From Macrostomum lignano (Eukaryota): 64,000 nucleotides of DNA. The notes below the pieces were generated by a model, which worked only from the letters and a program-made list of their open reading frames with translations, did not search any database and had not been told where the DNA came from. The stretch lies in the NCBI GenBank assembly GCA_002269645.1, contig NIVC01001355.1:1-64000 (forward strand). The letters are read 5' to 3'. Made by a program: the position numbers and the translations under genes. Shown here piece after piece: positions 14,921-43,519 of this stretch (the stretch's first letter is position 1; each line of letters starts with the position of its first letter).

Positions 14921-17457
14921 TAGATTCGATTTCGCTCAAAACAAGAAAAACACAAGAGATAAGAGATACGACTCCAGACTATAAGCAGTAAAGCAAACGC
15001 ACACAGGAGAGTAAATTAAATGCAAGTAGTCAGTTAGGAAGCGCCTCTCGTTTTATTCGTGCTTTTCTGGGGGTTGGTGGGCGGTGGGGTGGGTTGGATT
15101 TCCATTTCAGGTCCATGCAGTCCAGTCACACCAAAAACACCATTTATCGTCTTCACAGCACAAAAAGGGGTGTTGGGTTTGGTCTATGTACAGCGGTCCC
15201 ACCCTTTACTTTTCTGTCCTATTTATGGCAGGCCCGCGCGCGACAGAAAAAAAGCCAGCCGCCCAGCTATTAAACCCCAAAGACGGCTCATATGTACATC
15301 GGCCGCCCCCCGTGCGTGTTGTAATCGAGAGCAAAGAGACAATCATTCCATGTACTTAGATTGCTGCGTACATTCAGCGTCCAACTAATACTAATATAAC
15401 AGACTAGACATACTAATGCATAGTTAAATAATTGCAGATAGCATCAGTCCCACTAAATACTAATGATATAATGACTAACGCTTTACAGTCATCCAGATTG
15501 AAAACGTACAGTCTATCAAATGCCCAGTAAAGTTTTTATTGAGATTATTGAGCTTCACAGATCACAGTCCATTTTTTATTTTCTTATATGAATACTATTT
15601 ATTAAGCTTGCTTTTTAAACAAAACCCAAAATGTTAATTGAAGCATAAAAGCATGCTAATTGCTGGCGAGTAGAGACAACTGGCTAGCAACTTGATATCT
15701 AGCTGAGCAGTGATTTTACAGAGCGCGTGTACCAGCCAAGCGCGTGACACAACCTTTCCTTGGCCGAAGGTCATTAATTATTTGCGTAAAAAGTGTCGGC
15801 TGGAATTTCGTTGTTGCGTCTAATACAAGTGCTTCTGATGAGCCGCATTTTTAGAGTTGGGAATAATTGGAAATGGCGCATTTTTAATTGCGTACCTTAT
15901 AAAATTCGATATTACAAGTATAACAAAAAGCAACTCGAATCTATCGAGTTTTTGTCTAAAATAAGAAACGATTAAATAAATTTTATTTTCATTTTTCAAA
16001 TTCTCCGTCGGCATTGCAGGCTCTCAAGTACGTCTCTGTATTAGGTTATATAATACCTGGGCGTATATATTAATGCAAATGGCTATTATTGCTTAGGTAT
16101 TGCTGCTAATATTTAGCTAATAGCAATTTTATGCGGCGTCTTGATATAAAATCAGGTGTAAAAAAACAATAACTATTGTAGCAACTTGAATGAAAAAAGA
16201 TAATACACGATTAATAATTTTAATTAGTAATGCACTAATAAACATTTCGTAATACAATTCAGTAGACTATTAAAAGGGACGAAATCACATTAATTAAATC
16301 CTGAAAGTTTATTACAGAACCAAGTTAATAAATTGAACTAAAAAGTACAAAAAAACGGACCCAATGGCTGTGTAGTTAGTTATAAACATTTTAATTGTCA
16401 ATAAGACTATAGAGTTGGCTGGCACTGGGCGTTCAGTCCAAATGGGGGCTAAGTACACGCTTATAATTAAAGTAGTAATAATAAGTTGCAATTAATTAAT
16501 TGTTGACTCCGTCCAAACAGAAGTATTGATTATAGCCAGTTTAGCCAATATAATATATAGCTGCAGCAGAAGTTTCAATGGCAACGATTTTACAAAGCAC
16601 AATAACTGACATAGCATTTGGAATATAGTTAAGTCACAGATTGACATGATTACGAGCTGCCCCTGTGCAATAAAGACAAGAATTTACCATTTACCAGTCC
16701 TCGAATTCGTATAGTATTGATTAGCACGGAACAGATCTTAGCAAAAGAATATTACTATCGGCAATTAGTGAGTCAACACAAACATTATAGCATATATATA
16801 TATATATAAATGAAAAAGATATTCACCTTGGATAACAGGTAGCGAGGCAATTAAAAATCAATACAAGCATACAATACTAAAAAGCGTAGAAAAGCATATT
16901 CATCGAAATACGACACGAGAGGATTATACTAAATTAGGCATTGATCTCAAGCCCTAGCAATTATTGCATTTCTCAACCAATCAGATTCGTGCACGTCATT
17001 AGCTCCGTTAAATGTACATGAATGTACATTGAAATCCTTATTCTCTCACCTTGAAGCCCAGCTATTGGTAAAGCAAAAAGTATCAGCTCTGATTAGCTGA
17101 TTGGTGTGAAATGTACTGTGTGGGCTGGGTGAGTACTCGGTACTCGTTTGATTTTCTTTCCTAGAAATTTCAGAAAACCAACTTTCAAAAGTGATTTTTC
17201 TCGTTGAAGATTAAGAAAGAAGCTGCACAGATCAGTATTCTGTAGTCACTACTCGATCAACCCTGGTTAGACTACTCGGTACTCGATATTCGAGGTCACT
17301 GAACCAATATTCACCCAGCCCTGTCTGCCCACCCACTCGCCACGACTTTTCCCATCCGAACCATTGAAATTCAAGTTGGCGCATTTTAATTGGCTACCAG
17401 GCTGAGCCTCCGCTACAGTTGGACTTGAAGAGCCAATCAGAACAGAGTCCAAAGTGG

Positions 17458-30889
<13,432 letters not shown>

Positions 30890-31849
30890 CTGCACGCCGA
30901 GGATTATAAGGGTGGGGGGGATTTTGCAGCGCAGGAAGAGGATAAATATCCCAAAGATCGGGTCAGGCAGGGTCGCAGCCCCTGGACCAATGGTGGGGTC
31001 GCTAGTGGGGATGGATAGCTCCGGCAGTCCGGCCAGTCAGCGTATGCCGCAGCGCAAAGGAGCTGGCTAGGGGCGGGGGATTAGCGCTAGGCTAGTCCCG
31101 CTTCAAGATAAGCGCCCGCCCTCTGCCTCCATCCTCCATCTCCATCCCAGAGGCTGAGGCAGCACGAGTGACTGAATGAGATGCAGATGGTGCCTGCGAG
31201 TGCGGCTTCTTTTTCTAGCGATGGCGGGGATTCAGAAACTGGAGAGGGAGACAGAGCCCTGGAAACCATGCGGAGTGGATGGAGCACAGAAATGCGCCAA
31301 GCACAGCTGCTTGCTTTTGGCCAAGCCGGCTTGATAAATGAGCACACATTTGGAGCCATTGCTGGTGCAGCTGCGCTATGTCTGGCATCGAGCCAAAACT
31401 GCCTCCTTTGGCCCTTCCTTCCGACTACAATTCGCCTTTGGGATGAGGGGATGGGGGATAATTTAAATTCGCATCCCAGTCCTCGCTAACGGCGGCTTCC
31501 ATCTGCCAGAAAACGCTTCACTCTGTTCGGCTGTGTCACGGACTAGAGGCGACCATCCATCAGCTTATCTAATTATGAGTGCACAAATATTAGCCACTAA
31601 TCCACTCCAGCGGTCTCTTGTTGTTTTCCGTGAAGGCATCTATTTGGATTATATTTATTCTGTAATTAGCTGTCTGCAGGGCACAGTGACCACAATTGAA
31701 CTACTGACTGCATTAGCATTGACTAATCAGCACCACTGTGTAGCAAACAGAGCTGGGATCGGATTAACCTCTGGCGCCCCGGTGACATGCATCTATGAGC
31801 TGGCCTATTCACTGTCCTTGCGTTCACGTCATCTGATACTATTACGGCC

Positions 31850-32095
31850 CAGCAACTGAGGACCTGGGAGGCTGGCCCAGCAACTGAGGATCTGGGAGGC
31901 TGGCCCAGCAACTGAGGATCTGGGAGGCTGGCCCAGCAACTGAGGATCTGGGAGGCTGGCCCAGCAACTGAGGATCTGGGAGGCTGGCCCAGCAACTGAG
32001 GATCTGGGAGGCTGGCCCAGCAACTGAGGACCTGGGAAGCTGGCCCAGTAACTGAGGATCTGGGTGGGAGGCTGGCCCAGCAACTGAGGATCTGG
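31850..32095. repeat. 28-bp minisatellite (AACTGAGGATCTGGGAGGCTGGCCCAGC)n, array A
   Basis: Direct inspection. Confidence 0.9.
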
Positions 32096-32574
32096 TGATA
32101 TTTCACTTTAATGTTGCTTTCATCAGCAATTTTCCCCAAGACTGATTTATCCCCAGTCAGTCAGAGAAAGGATGCCAAGGTCATTGCCCTGGCTCCTGGT
32201 CCAACAGCTTTGCAGCTGGGGCTGCCTACATGCAGTTACCCAACGTAGCAGCCACTGCACGCACTGGGACACGGGCGCCCCCACTGGGTGAATCATGTTT
32301 CGGGGAATCCGCTAATCCCGTCCTCCCCTACCAGCTCCTTCCCTTTCAAGCATTAGTCAGCATCGCTAAGCAAGAATGGAGGCCTAATTAAGCCAAAAAA
32401 ACTATCGATTGAAGCCTGCAATATCCTACTAATGAGTAAGTAGTGCACAGCGGAAATTGCACTGCAAATTTTTGTTTTGGTAGTAAACTTTATTGAAAAA
32501 TAGTACAATTTCTTGAGCTGATTTTTGCTTGGCAACAATTTTAGACAGATGGAGTATACCATTTATTTATAGTA

Positions 32575-34130
32575 GACGTAGAGTAGGGAAGGGAGGTAGA
32601 GTGGGGGAGGGAGGTAGAGTGGGGGAGGGAGGTAGAGTGGGGGAGGGAGGTAGAGTGGGGGAGGGAGGTAGAGTGGGGAGGGAGGTAGAGTGGGGAGGGA
32701 GGTAGAGTGGGGAGGGAGGCAGAGTGGGGGAGGGAGGTATAGTGGGGGAGGGAGGTAGAGTGGGGAGGGAGGTAGAGTGGGGGAGGGAGGTATAGTGGGG
32801 GAGGGAGGTAGAGTGGGGGAGGGAGGTAGAGTGGGGGAGGGAGGTAGAGTGGGGGAGGGAGGTAGAGTGGGGGAGGGAGGTAGAGTGGGGAGGGAGGTAG
32901 AGTGGGGAGGGAGGTAGAGTGGGGGAGGGAGGTATAGTGGGGAGGGAGGCAGAGTGGGGGAGGGAGGTATAGTGGGGGAGGGAGGTACAGTGGGGGAGGG
33001 AGGTAGAGTGGGGAGGGAGGTAGAGTGGGGGAGGGAGGTAGAGTGGGGAGGGAGGTAGAGTGGGGAGGGAGGCAGAGTGGGGGAGGGAGGTAGAGTGGGG
33101 AGGGAGGTAGAGTGGGAGAGGGAGGTAGAGTGGGGGAGGGAGGTAGAGTGGGAGAGGGAGGTAGAGTGGGGAGGGAGGTAGAGTGGGGGAGGGAGGTAGA
33201 GTGGGAGAGGGAGGTAGAGTGGGGGAGGGAGGTAGAGTGGGGGAGGGAGGTAGAGTGGGGGAGGGAGGTAGAGTGGGGGAGGGAGGTAGAGTGGGGGAGG
33301 GAGGTAGAGTGGGGAGGGAGGTAGAGTGGGGAGGGAGGTAGAGTGGGGGAGGGAGGTAGAGTGGGGAGGGAGGTAGAGTGGGAGAGGGAGGTAGAGTGGG
33401 AGAGGGAGGTAGAGTGGGAGAGGGAGGTAGAGTGGGGAGGGAGGTAGAGTGGGAGAGGGAGGTAGAGTGGGAGAGGGAGGTAGAGTGGGGGAGGGAGGTA
33501 GAGTGGGGAGGGAGGTAGAGTGGGAGAGGGAGGTAGAGTGGGGAGGGAGGTAGAGTGGGGGAGGGAGGTAGAGGGGGGAAGGAGGTAGAGTGGGGGAGGG
33601 AGGTAGAGTGGGAGAGGGAGGTAGAGTGGGAGAGGGAGGTAGAGTGGGGAGGGAGGTAGAGTGGGAGAGGGAGGTAGAGTGGGAGAGGGAGGTAGAGTGG
33701 GGGAGGGAGGTAGAGTGGGGAGGGAGGTAGAGTGGGAGAGGGAGGTAGAGTGGGGGAGGGAGGTAGAGTGGGAGAGGGAGGTAGAGTGGGAGAGGGAGGT
33801 AGAGTGGGGGAGGGAGGTAGAGTGGGGAGGGAGGTAGAGTGGGAGAGGGAGGTAGAGTGGGGGAGGGAGGTAGAGTGGGGAGGGAGGTAGAGTGGGGGAG
33901 GGAGGTAGAGTGGGAGAGGGAGGTAGAGTGGGGGAGGGAGGTAGAGTGGGGAGGGAGGTAGAGTGGGAGAGGGAGGTAGAGTGGGGAGGGAGGTAGAGTG
34001 GGGGAGGGAGGTAGAGTGGGGAGGGAGGTAGAGTGGGGGAGGGAGGTAGAGTGGGGGAGGGAGGTAGAGTGGGGGAGGGAGGTAGAGTGGGGGAGGGAGG
34101 TAGAGTGGGGAGGGAGGTAGAGTGGGGCAG
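32575..34130. repeat. 17-18-bp purine-rich minisatellite (GGGAGGGAGGTAGAGTG[G])n
   Basis: Direct inspection. Confidence 0.95.
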
Positions 34131-34814
34131 GGAGTTACAGGGGACACAGCAATGGATACACAGAAAGATGGACAGTCGGACTCAAGGCAATAAAAAAATC
34201 GGTGGCAGGAACTCTCAGGCCCAGTTGCTGGGATAAACCGCATGCACTATTAATAAAACATTCGAGTCACTAAATTTAAAAGCACCCCAGCTGGCGTAAG
34301 ACAGAAACAGCAAGCCTCCAGTGGATATATCTGATTCAAATTAAAGTCCTGATGCGTTTCTCAGGGGAGATTAAAACTTATTTATAAACAATGCCGCACA
34401 AGAATGGCTGAAGTTTAGCTGTTGCCAGGTCAGGAAAGGGTGACTCAGTGCCTTCCTGCCCTCTATCTGCCGTCACCTCTCTCAGCTGTTGGCAATAACA
34501 ATTCAGATCCATGCATGGCAGACTGAGAAACACGGACGGATCTAAAATCGATAAATACCGCCAGATCCGCGGTCTGGCTTTGGGATCCCGGAGGTGGGGA
34601 GAAGCAATGGGGAATAGGGGACCGGAGCTGTGGATTTCCCCATTGATTTATGGCGCTGAGGTTCGCGGACTCAAAGAGCTTCTCTCGGCCTGTTTGGCTG
34701 TCAGCCTTTAAGCCTGTGTCACGTGACCACTGTTATTGGTTTCTCAACTAATGACCTCGTTGAGTCACGGCGGGTCAGAGTTCCTCGGGTTGCTGGGACT
34801 TGACGGCTTGGATG

Positions 34815-35350
34815 GCTGGGAGGCTGGCCCGGCAACCATGAGGATCTGGGAGGCTGGCCTGGCAACCATGGGGATCTGGGAGGCTGGCCCGGCAACCATG
34901 GGGATCTGGGAGGCTGGCCCAGTAACTGAGGATCTGGGAGGCTGGCCCAGTAACTGAGGATCTGGGAGGCTGGCTCAGTAACTGAGGATCTGGGAGGCTG
35001 GCCCAGTAACTGAGGATCTGGGAGGCTGGCCCAGTAACTGAGGATCTGGGAAGCTGGCCCAGCAACCATGGGGATCTGGGAGGCTGGCCTGGCAACCATG
35101 GGGATCTGGGAGGCTGGCCTGGCAACCATGGGGATCTGGGAGGCTGGCCCAGTAACTGAGGATCTGGGAGGCTGGTGGCTTAGCAACTGAGGATCTGGGA
35201 GGCTGGTGGCTTAGCAACTGAGGATCTGGGAGACTGGCCCAGCAACTGAGGATCTGGGAGGCTGGTGGCTTAGCAACTGAGGATCTGGGAGGCTGGTGGC
35301 TTAGCAACTGAGGATCTGGGAGACTGGCCCAGCAACTGAGGATCTGAGAG
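34815..35350. repeat. 28-bp minisatellite, array B (same family as 31850-32095)
   Basis: Direct inspection, with CCATGG and GGTGGCTTAG variants. Confidence 0.9.
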
Positions 35351-36072
35351 GGTGGCTGTCTACCTGCTAACAAAAATAGAATTAAAGAAAAAATCTTCTT
35401 CTCAAGCGCAGAGTTTCACTTACAAAAGAAACCGCGGTCTACTTGGCAATAACAGAAAGAGCCGAGTTGAATCCACAGGAAAGACGCAGCCAATCTTGTC
35501 AAAATAATGCTTGCCAATTTCGTTTAAAACTAATTTTCAGTAGCGTCAGAGATTGATGGAGAGCGGAGACTGACTTTGAAAGCCAGGCCGCGCTTTACCC
35601 AGCAGTGGGGATAGAGAGCCTATGGCTAAAAGTTGAATTTCAGGTCAGCAATTCAGGCCTGACTCTGGGGAAGGGCTGGGTTTGTTGGTCCAGCTTGACC
35701 GGAGATGGCTAGGCAGATATTAAAATAGCTGCGATAGTGCCGTATGCTGCATATTCCGACCGCTGCTTAACCCACCGCGGATCGGCAAAGTTAGCGCAAC
35801 CCCCAGTGTGTAGCTAACTAGTCAGTAAGTAGATTTATGGCTGACTGTGGATGCGACAGTCACTGTGCAGAACTTATTGATGCCAAAACTGCATTTGGAG
35901 GCCTGACTGACTGACTGACCGGTCAGGGAGCATTCATTTTTTATTAGAATATGGCGCCTAAATAGGGAGACTTGATGAAGCCAGGAAAGGAGTTCGGGTA
36001 AGGATGTTTGATTAGTGATTATTTATGAGTTTGGTACATTAAAACAAAGTATAGGTACTAAAACAGGCGAAT

Positions 36073-37692
<1,620 letters not shown>

Positions 37693-37728
37693 TCGCAGGT
37701 TGGTCCAGAATTTCTCGGCCAGACTCAC

Positions 37729-39593
37729 CGTCCCTCCGGCCGCCGTGTCCCCAGCAGAGGCAGCGGTGTGGCTTCTAACGGCGGGGGCGGCGGCGGCGGA
37801 GACGGCAACGCCGTCAGCGAGTCCCGGGACTCCTCCTCGTCCACTTCTTCCTCTTCTTCGTCATCCTCTTCCTCCTCGTCACCTTCAGCGTGAGCGGCTC
37901 CGGCTAAGCCGGCGGTCCTCGGTGGCAGCGGGGTGCCGGCCGCTGAGCAGCCCAGGTCGGCGAGGTAGCCGGCGGCCAGGTCGGCCTCCGGGTACAGCGC
38001 CTCCTCGCGGTAGTCGGTGAGGCCGGCCAGGTCCGGGTCAAGACTGTCGAACTCAGTTGACGGCGAGTTGATGATGCGATCCAGGGTGGATGGGCGGCCT
38101 TCTGCATCGCGGCGTCGCAGCTCTGCTGGCTGTTGCTGCTCGTGAAGCACCTCTTCCGACACCTGCTTGTGCTGTTCCTGTTGGCCTTGCTCCGTCTCTT
38201 GATGCACTTCCGGTTGCTCATCTCTTAACTCATAATGCACTTCCGGTTGTTCATCTCTTAACTCATGATTCACTTCCGGTTGCTCATCTCTTAACTCATA
38301 ATGCACTTCCGGTTGGTCCGGCTGTTGCGTAAGCTCTTTAGTATGTCCAAAATCCAACAAGTTTTCATCGTCCAACAAGTTATGAACTACAGGCTGAGGT
38401 TCTTCTGGCTCTTCCGGCTGAGGTTCTTCTGGCTCTTCAGGCTGAGGTTCTTCTGACTCTTCCGGCTGAGGTTCTTCTGACTCTTCAGGCTGAGGTTCTT
38501 CTGACTCTTCCGGCTGAGGTTCTTCTGACTCTTCCGGCTGAGGTTCTTCTGACTCTTCCGGCTGAGGTTCTTCTGACTCTTCCGGCTGAGGTTCCAGTGA
38601 GAACTGCTCTTCTGGCTGGGGTTCCAGTGAGAACTGCTCTTCTGGCTGGGGTTCCAGTGAGAACTGCTCTTCTGGCTGGGGTTCCAGTGAGAACTGCTCT
38701 TCTGGCTGAGGTTCCAGTGAGAACTGCTCTTCTGGCTGAGGTTCCAGTGAGAACTGCTCTTCTGGCTGAGGTTCCGGTGGGAACTGCTCTTCTGGCTGAG
38801 GTTCCGGTGGGAACTGCTCTTCTGGCTGAGGTTCCGGTGGGAACTGCTCTTCTGGCTGAGGTTCCAGTGGGAACTGCTCTTCTGGCTGAGGTTCCGGTGG
38901 GAACTGCTCTTCTGGCTGAGGTTCCGGTGGGAACTGCTCTTCTGGCTGAGGTTCCGGTGGGAACTGCTCTTCTGGCTGAGGTTCCGGTGGGAACTGCTCT
39001 TCTGGCTGAGGTTCCGGTGGGAACTGCTCTTCTGGCTGAGGTTCCGGTGGGAACTGCTCTTCTGGCTGAGGTTCCGGTGGGAACTGCTCTTCTGGCTGAG
39101 GTTCCGGTGGGAACTGCTCTTCTGGCTGAGGTTCCGGTGGGAACTGCTCTTCTGGCTGAGATTCCTGTGGGCACTGATTTTCCGGTTGAGATTCCTGTGG
39201 GAATTGATCTTCCGGTTGAGATTCCTGTGGATACGGATCTTCCGGTTGAGATTCCTGTGGATACGGATCTTCCGGTTGAGATTCCTGTGGGTACTGATCT
39301 TCCGGTTGAGATTCCTGTAGATACGGATCTTCCGGTTGAGATTCCTGTGGGTACTGATCTTCCGGTTGAGATTCCTGTGGATACGGATCTTCCGGTTGAG
39401 ATTCCTGTGGGTACTTATCTTCCGGTTGAGATTCCTGTAGATACGGATCTTCCGGTTGAGATTCCTGCGGGAATTGATCTTCCGGTTGAGATTCCGGTGT
39501 ACAATGGTCAGGCATAGTCTCTCGCTGATGCTGCAGTACAGATCCTTCGTCCTGTGAATTCTCTGTGCACTGACTCTGGTCTGGCAGCTCCAT
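37729..39593 (-). CDS. Large Glu/Pro/Gln-rich repeat exon ([20 protein letters not shown] and QPEESEEP units), probably the 5' exon of the DUF4140/4139 gene
   Basis: The 638-codon ORF extends well beyond the repeat on both sides with coding-like unique sequence (first ATG at 39593, MELPDQ…; acidic tract; polyproline). It ends at a strong donor CG|GTGAGT at 37728 in phase 2. Confidence 0.65.
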
Positions 39594-40839
39594 TCGATCG
39601 GCAAGGCCTGCGCTTGTCAGTGCACCAGAAGTGTACAGCAAAGTAGTAAAGGCTGCTACCTGCTGCTATCAGCCGCTCTCCGTTCTCTTATCGTTGGGTT
39701 AACACTGGCTCTTGGTAGCCCTCCCTAGAGCGCTAAATTTTATTGAATCGACCTCCCACTGCCAGCCGTTCCTCACCCCTAATCTCCCTCCTCTGTCTTC
39801 CCATCCCCTCCACCACTCTCTCCCTCTTCCCCCGACAAGACGGGAGGACGGACCCGAAGTCCTCACTATTGGCCAGGGGAGTAAACAGAGAGGGGAAGAG
39901 AGGAGCAGTGAGCCAGAGCGAAGTGGTCGCCCGCCCGTGTCCATACGACCCCCCACCCCGGCAGCGGGCGTGTAGCGAGGGAGGCCCCTGGGAATGCCGT
40001 GCGCACCCTGCTACTGCCATGCCGGGTGTACCTCCCGCAGCTTGCATGATTCTATCCCCCAGCCCTGTCCAGCATGGTTGGGGGGTTTATCGGCTGATTT
40101 TTGTAAAATTGAAGCTGTCCCAGAAAGCTGGGGGAGCATTAAAGCAAGTTGCATGGGCAAGCGCACGCTTCAGACAGACAGTCGGTCAGACACACAACAT
40201 CCCATCCTCCATGCGGGGGTTGATAGCCTTCCAGTTCCCTGCAGCCTTGGGAGCTGAAAGTTGTAAAAAAAATACAAACAGCTTTGGCCTGCTGCTGCAC
40301 TTTGTGCACCGAGTAGCTGGCGAGATTGCGGCACTTGACTTGATCGACGAGACAGACAGAGAGGGAGCGGGGAGAAAAGGGAGTGAAACTAAAAGAGTGG
40401 CTAAGAGAGTGATGAGGTTTGGCTGCCGAGAGAGAGAGGGGAAATTCTTTGCTTCAAGAAATTTGCCGCCCAGACACTGTGGGCATTGGTTAAGATGATT
40501 GAAACGTGTTCCCGCAGCCGGACAGAATGCAGCATGAAGAAGTGTACCAAAGAAAAATTCCCAGAGGCTGCCTGCCGACGGATGACTCATGCGGAACACA
40601 GGAGAGGAGTAAGTCAAACGCGTTCACAGCAGGATCTTTCGCGTCATCTGGGCAGTGCAAATACTCAACTAAAAAAAGCACTCAGCATACGGAACCAGGT
40701 GCGCGCTGATATTGGAAGGCAGAGGGTATCTATAGGCAATGAGTCACTCACCCGACCTGGAATATTCAGAAAAATAATCGTTGTACGCTGGAAGAGGTCT
40801 AAGAACTACTATTAAGAAACCTTACCTTATTCATTTGGG

Positions 40840-40975
40840 CCTTGAGTGCAATTGGCCAGGGGTTGTACGAGGGCCAACCAGCCCCCAAGGCGCAGAAAGT
40901 GTACATGCCTGACGATTAGAAAGTCAGGGATGCTGTACACCCTGCGTGAGCGTGTGTGTGAGTGCGTGCGTACAC
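40840..40975 (+). mobile_element. Fragment of a related SINE family
   Basis: GAGGGCCAACC…CCCCCAAGGC…AAGTGTACATGCCTGACGAT…GCTGTACAC aligns to the SINE body at 18415-18500. Confidence 0.55.
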
Positions 40976-41039
40976 ATATACACATAAATATTGGATCAGA
41001 CTAAAATTTCACGAAATTGAGTGTGGGGAGTTTAGAGGA

Positions 41040-41352
41040 TGTGTGCACCCTGGCGAACTTTAAGCGACATTGTCGCACAACCGGCGAGAGGCATTACTGC
41101 CCATTCCGCCGACTCCCCTGAGCAGGCACACAAACGCGCGGATACGTACGCTGTCATACGCACAGGCACACACTCACACAGGAGTGTACAGCGGCCCTAA
41201 CTTTATTTTATCATTAGGCATGTACACTTCACTGTGCCTTGGGGGTTGGCCCAAGCCGAGATTCCAATTCAGCCCCAAATTAATGTGACTGCACTTGGAA
41301 CTGAACCTGGGCCGCTGGCACATCAGAGAACTGGGCCAGACTTCTGGGCTAC
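41040..41352 (-). mobile_element. tRNA-derived SINE, copy 2
   Basis: The reverse complement closely matches 18283-18625, including CCGTAGCCCAG…GCCAGCGGCCCAGG…CCAAGTGCAGTCA and GGGGAGTCGGCGGAATGG…TTGTGCGACAATGTCGCTTAAAG. Confidence 0.75.
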
Positions 41353-42024
41353 GGATTTTTCAAATATCAAAGTTTGAAAAAAGCAAGCGGAGCTTGATCA
41401 GTAATGCAGAATATGCTTTTAAATTAGTCAATTAGCCGAAAAGTTCAATAGCTTTATAGAAAACTTTTATTAGTCGAATTTTATTAAAGTACGCGGTGCA
41501 CTACTATCAGCAGGCAGCTCGGGCTCAAGCGCAAAGAAAAACTTACAGAGCCGGAGAATGCAGAGAAGGATAAAAAAGCATTTGAAATCCCAGTCTGTCT
41601 CTCAGTGCCTAACCGACTTGGTGTATTGCGGAACAATGAAAATGTACAGAACTTCAGCCAGTAATGCAGTATAAGTGCCAGTTATTGTGCTATAATTTAC
41701 TTAACATAAGTAATATATATGCATCTTACTTCAACTATAATTTCAACTATAGAAGTAATCATTTCTTAATAAAACGTATGAATTAAGCAATAAAAATATG
41801 AATATATACTATAATATAACTTTTCCTATTATATAACTATACCGTAGTTTAGCCAGTGCAACAAAGGAATCAAAGCAGAGAGATTAATAGGAGATTCATT
41901 AAAGAAAAAACAGCAAAACAGTCATGCGATGACGATAAAGTACTGAATATCAATAATTATAATTATAGCCAGTCTAGAGCCTCCGTGAGCCTGCGCCTGT
42001 TAGAGTCTCAGCGAATTTAGAAGG

Positions 42025-42720
42025 AAAATCTCACCTTAAAGAAATGTAGGGATTCAAAATCTCACCCCATAGAAATGTAGGGATTCAAAATCTCACCCTA
42101 AGGAAATGTAGAGACCCTCAATCTCACCCAAAAGAAATTTAGGGATCCAAAATCTCACCCTAAAGAAATGTAGGGATTCAAAATCTCACCCTAGAGAAAT
42201 GTAGGGATTCAAAATCTCATCCTACAGAAATGTATGGATTCAAAATCTCACCCTAAAGAAATGTAGGGATCCTAAATCTCACCCCATAGAAATGTAGGGA
42301 TTCAAAATCTCACCCTAAAGAAATGTATGGATTCAAAATCTCACCCTAAAGAAATGTATGGATTCAAAATCTCACCCTAAAGAAATGTATGGATTCAAAA
42401 TCTCACCCTAAAGAAATGTACATAGATTCAAAATCTCACCCTAAAGAAATGTAGGGATTCAAAATCTCACCCTAAAGAAATGTACATAGATTCAAAATCT
42501 CACCCTAAAGAAATTTAGGGATTCAAAATCTCACCCTAAAGAAATGTAGAGATTCAAAATCTCACCCTAAAGAAATTTAGGGTTCCAAAATCTTACCCTA
42601 AATAAATGTAGGGATTCAAAATCTCACTCTAAAGAAACGTAAGGATTCAATATCTCACCCTAAGGAAAGGCAGGGATTCTAAATCTCACGCTAAAGAAAT
42701 GTAGGGATCCTAAATCTCAC
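42025..42720. repeat. ~32-bp minisatellite (AAAATCTCACCCTAAAGAAATGTAGGGATTC)
   Basis: Direct inspection. Confidence 0.9.
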
Positions 42721-43519
42721 CTACTGATAAATCTCAGGACTCAAAATCTCCAACCGCCCAGTTCACTCAGCCCCCAAAGGCGCAGGCTCAGCTACACTTC
42801 AGCACTGAGCCAGTTAGTCTAGCACTAATTAATAGTTAATTAAACAACCTGTAGTAAAAGTTGAGACACACACAAAGAAGACCGATAGCTCAGCTGAGGA
42901 AGTTCTGAATTAGTACATCTCAGACCCTGTGCTGCAAATTCACAGGTAAGCAGAATAAATGATAGATAGATTAATGACATCAAACAGAAGACGGCATAAT
43001 AAAAAATAAAGGAAGGAAAAAAATGAAACGCAGGCATGCGAATGTGCGTCCTCCAAAAAAAGTGAGCGCAAATGTAGAAAAAAGGAAAATAAAAAAATGA
43101 AAATATTGCATAAGTAGTATGCCTAGCGCATGACCAGAATTATAACAGATAGCATTGGTGACATAAAATATAAAAATGTATAAACAAATACAATATTTCG
43201 TTGCGCCAGACTAGAAATGTGCTTGCTAATAAAAATGGAACAGTTTATACTACTGAAAGTGTAAGCCGATTCCAGTAGTAAGAAATGTGTATCTAAACGT
43301 GTGCATATAAATGTTTTATTAATAAAATAGGAAAAAAATAATGTTCTAGCAAAAACGGATAGGCTGTTGCTCTCGGGGCGAGAACAATTGACTAGAAGTG
43401 AGCAGCAAACTCGGCAGCAGTTCGACGGGGAAAAATGGACAGGCAGGGGGAGACAGAACTCACGACAGGCTGACGAACTCTGATTTCTTTCATCTAGTTC
43501 ACATCCTAGGTGAGTCAAA

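Noticed and set aside
34719-34830. Alternative terminal exon for the acidic ORF (HPSRQVPATRG…VVT*)
   Set aside because: It is phase-compatible, but its acceptor is the edge of the 28-bp repeat and the peptide is uninformative. The 30889 exon is the better continuation, though this one cannot be fully excluded.
38600-39170. Resemblance of PQPEEQFP to gliadin/glutenin repeats (horizontal transfer)
   Set aside because: Low-complexity convergence. The surrounding gene structure and composition are native animal-like.
39743-40815. 251-aa and adjacent ORFs as a gene or retroelement
   Set aside because: No recognisable motifs or clear exon structure.
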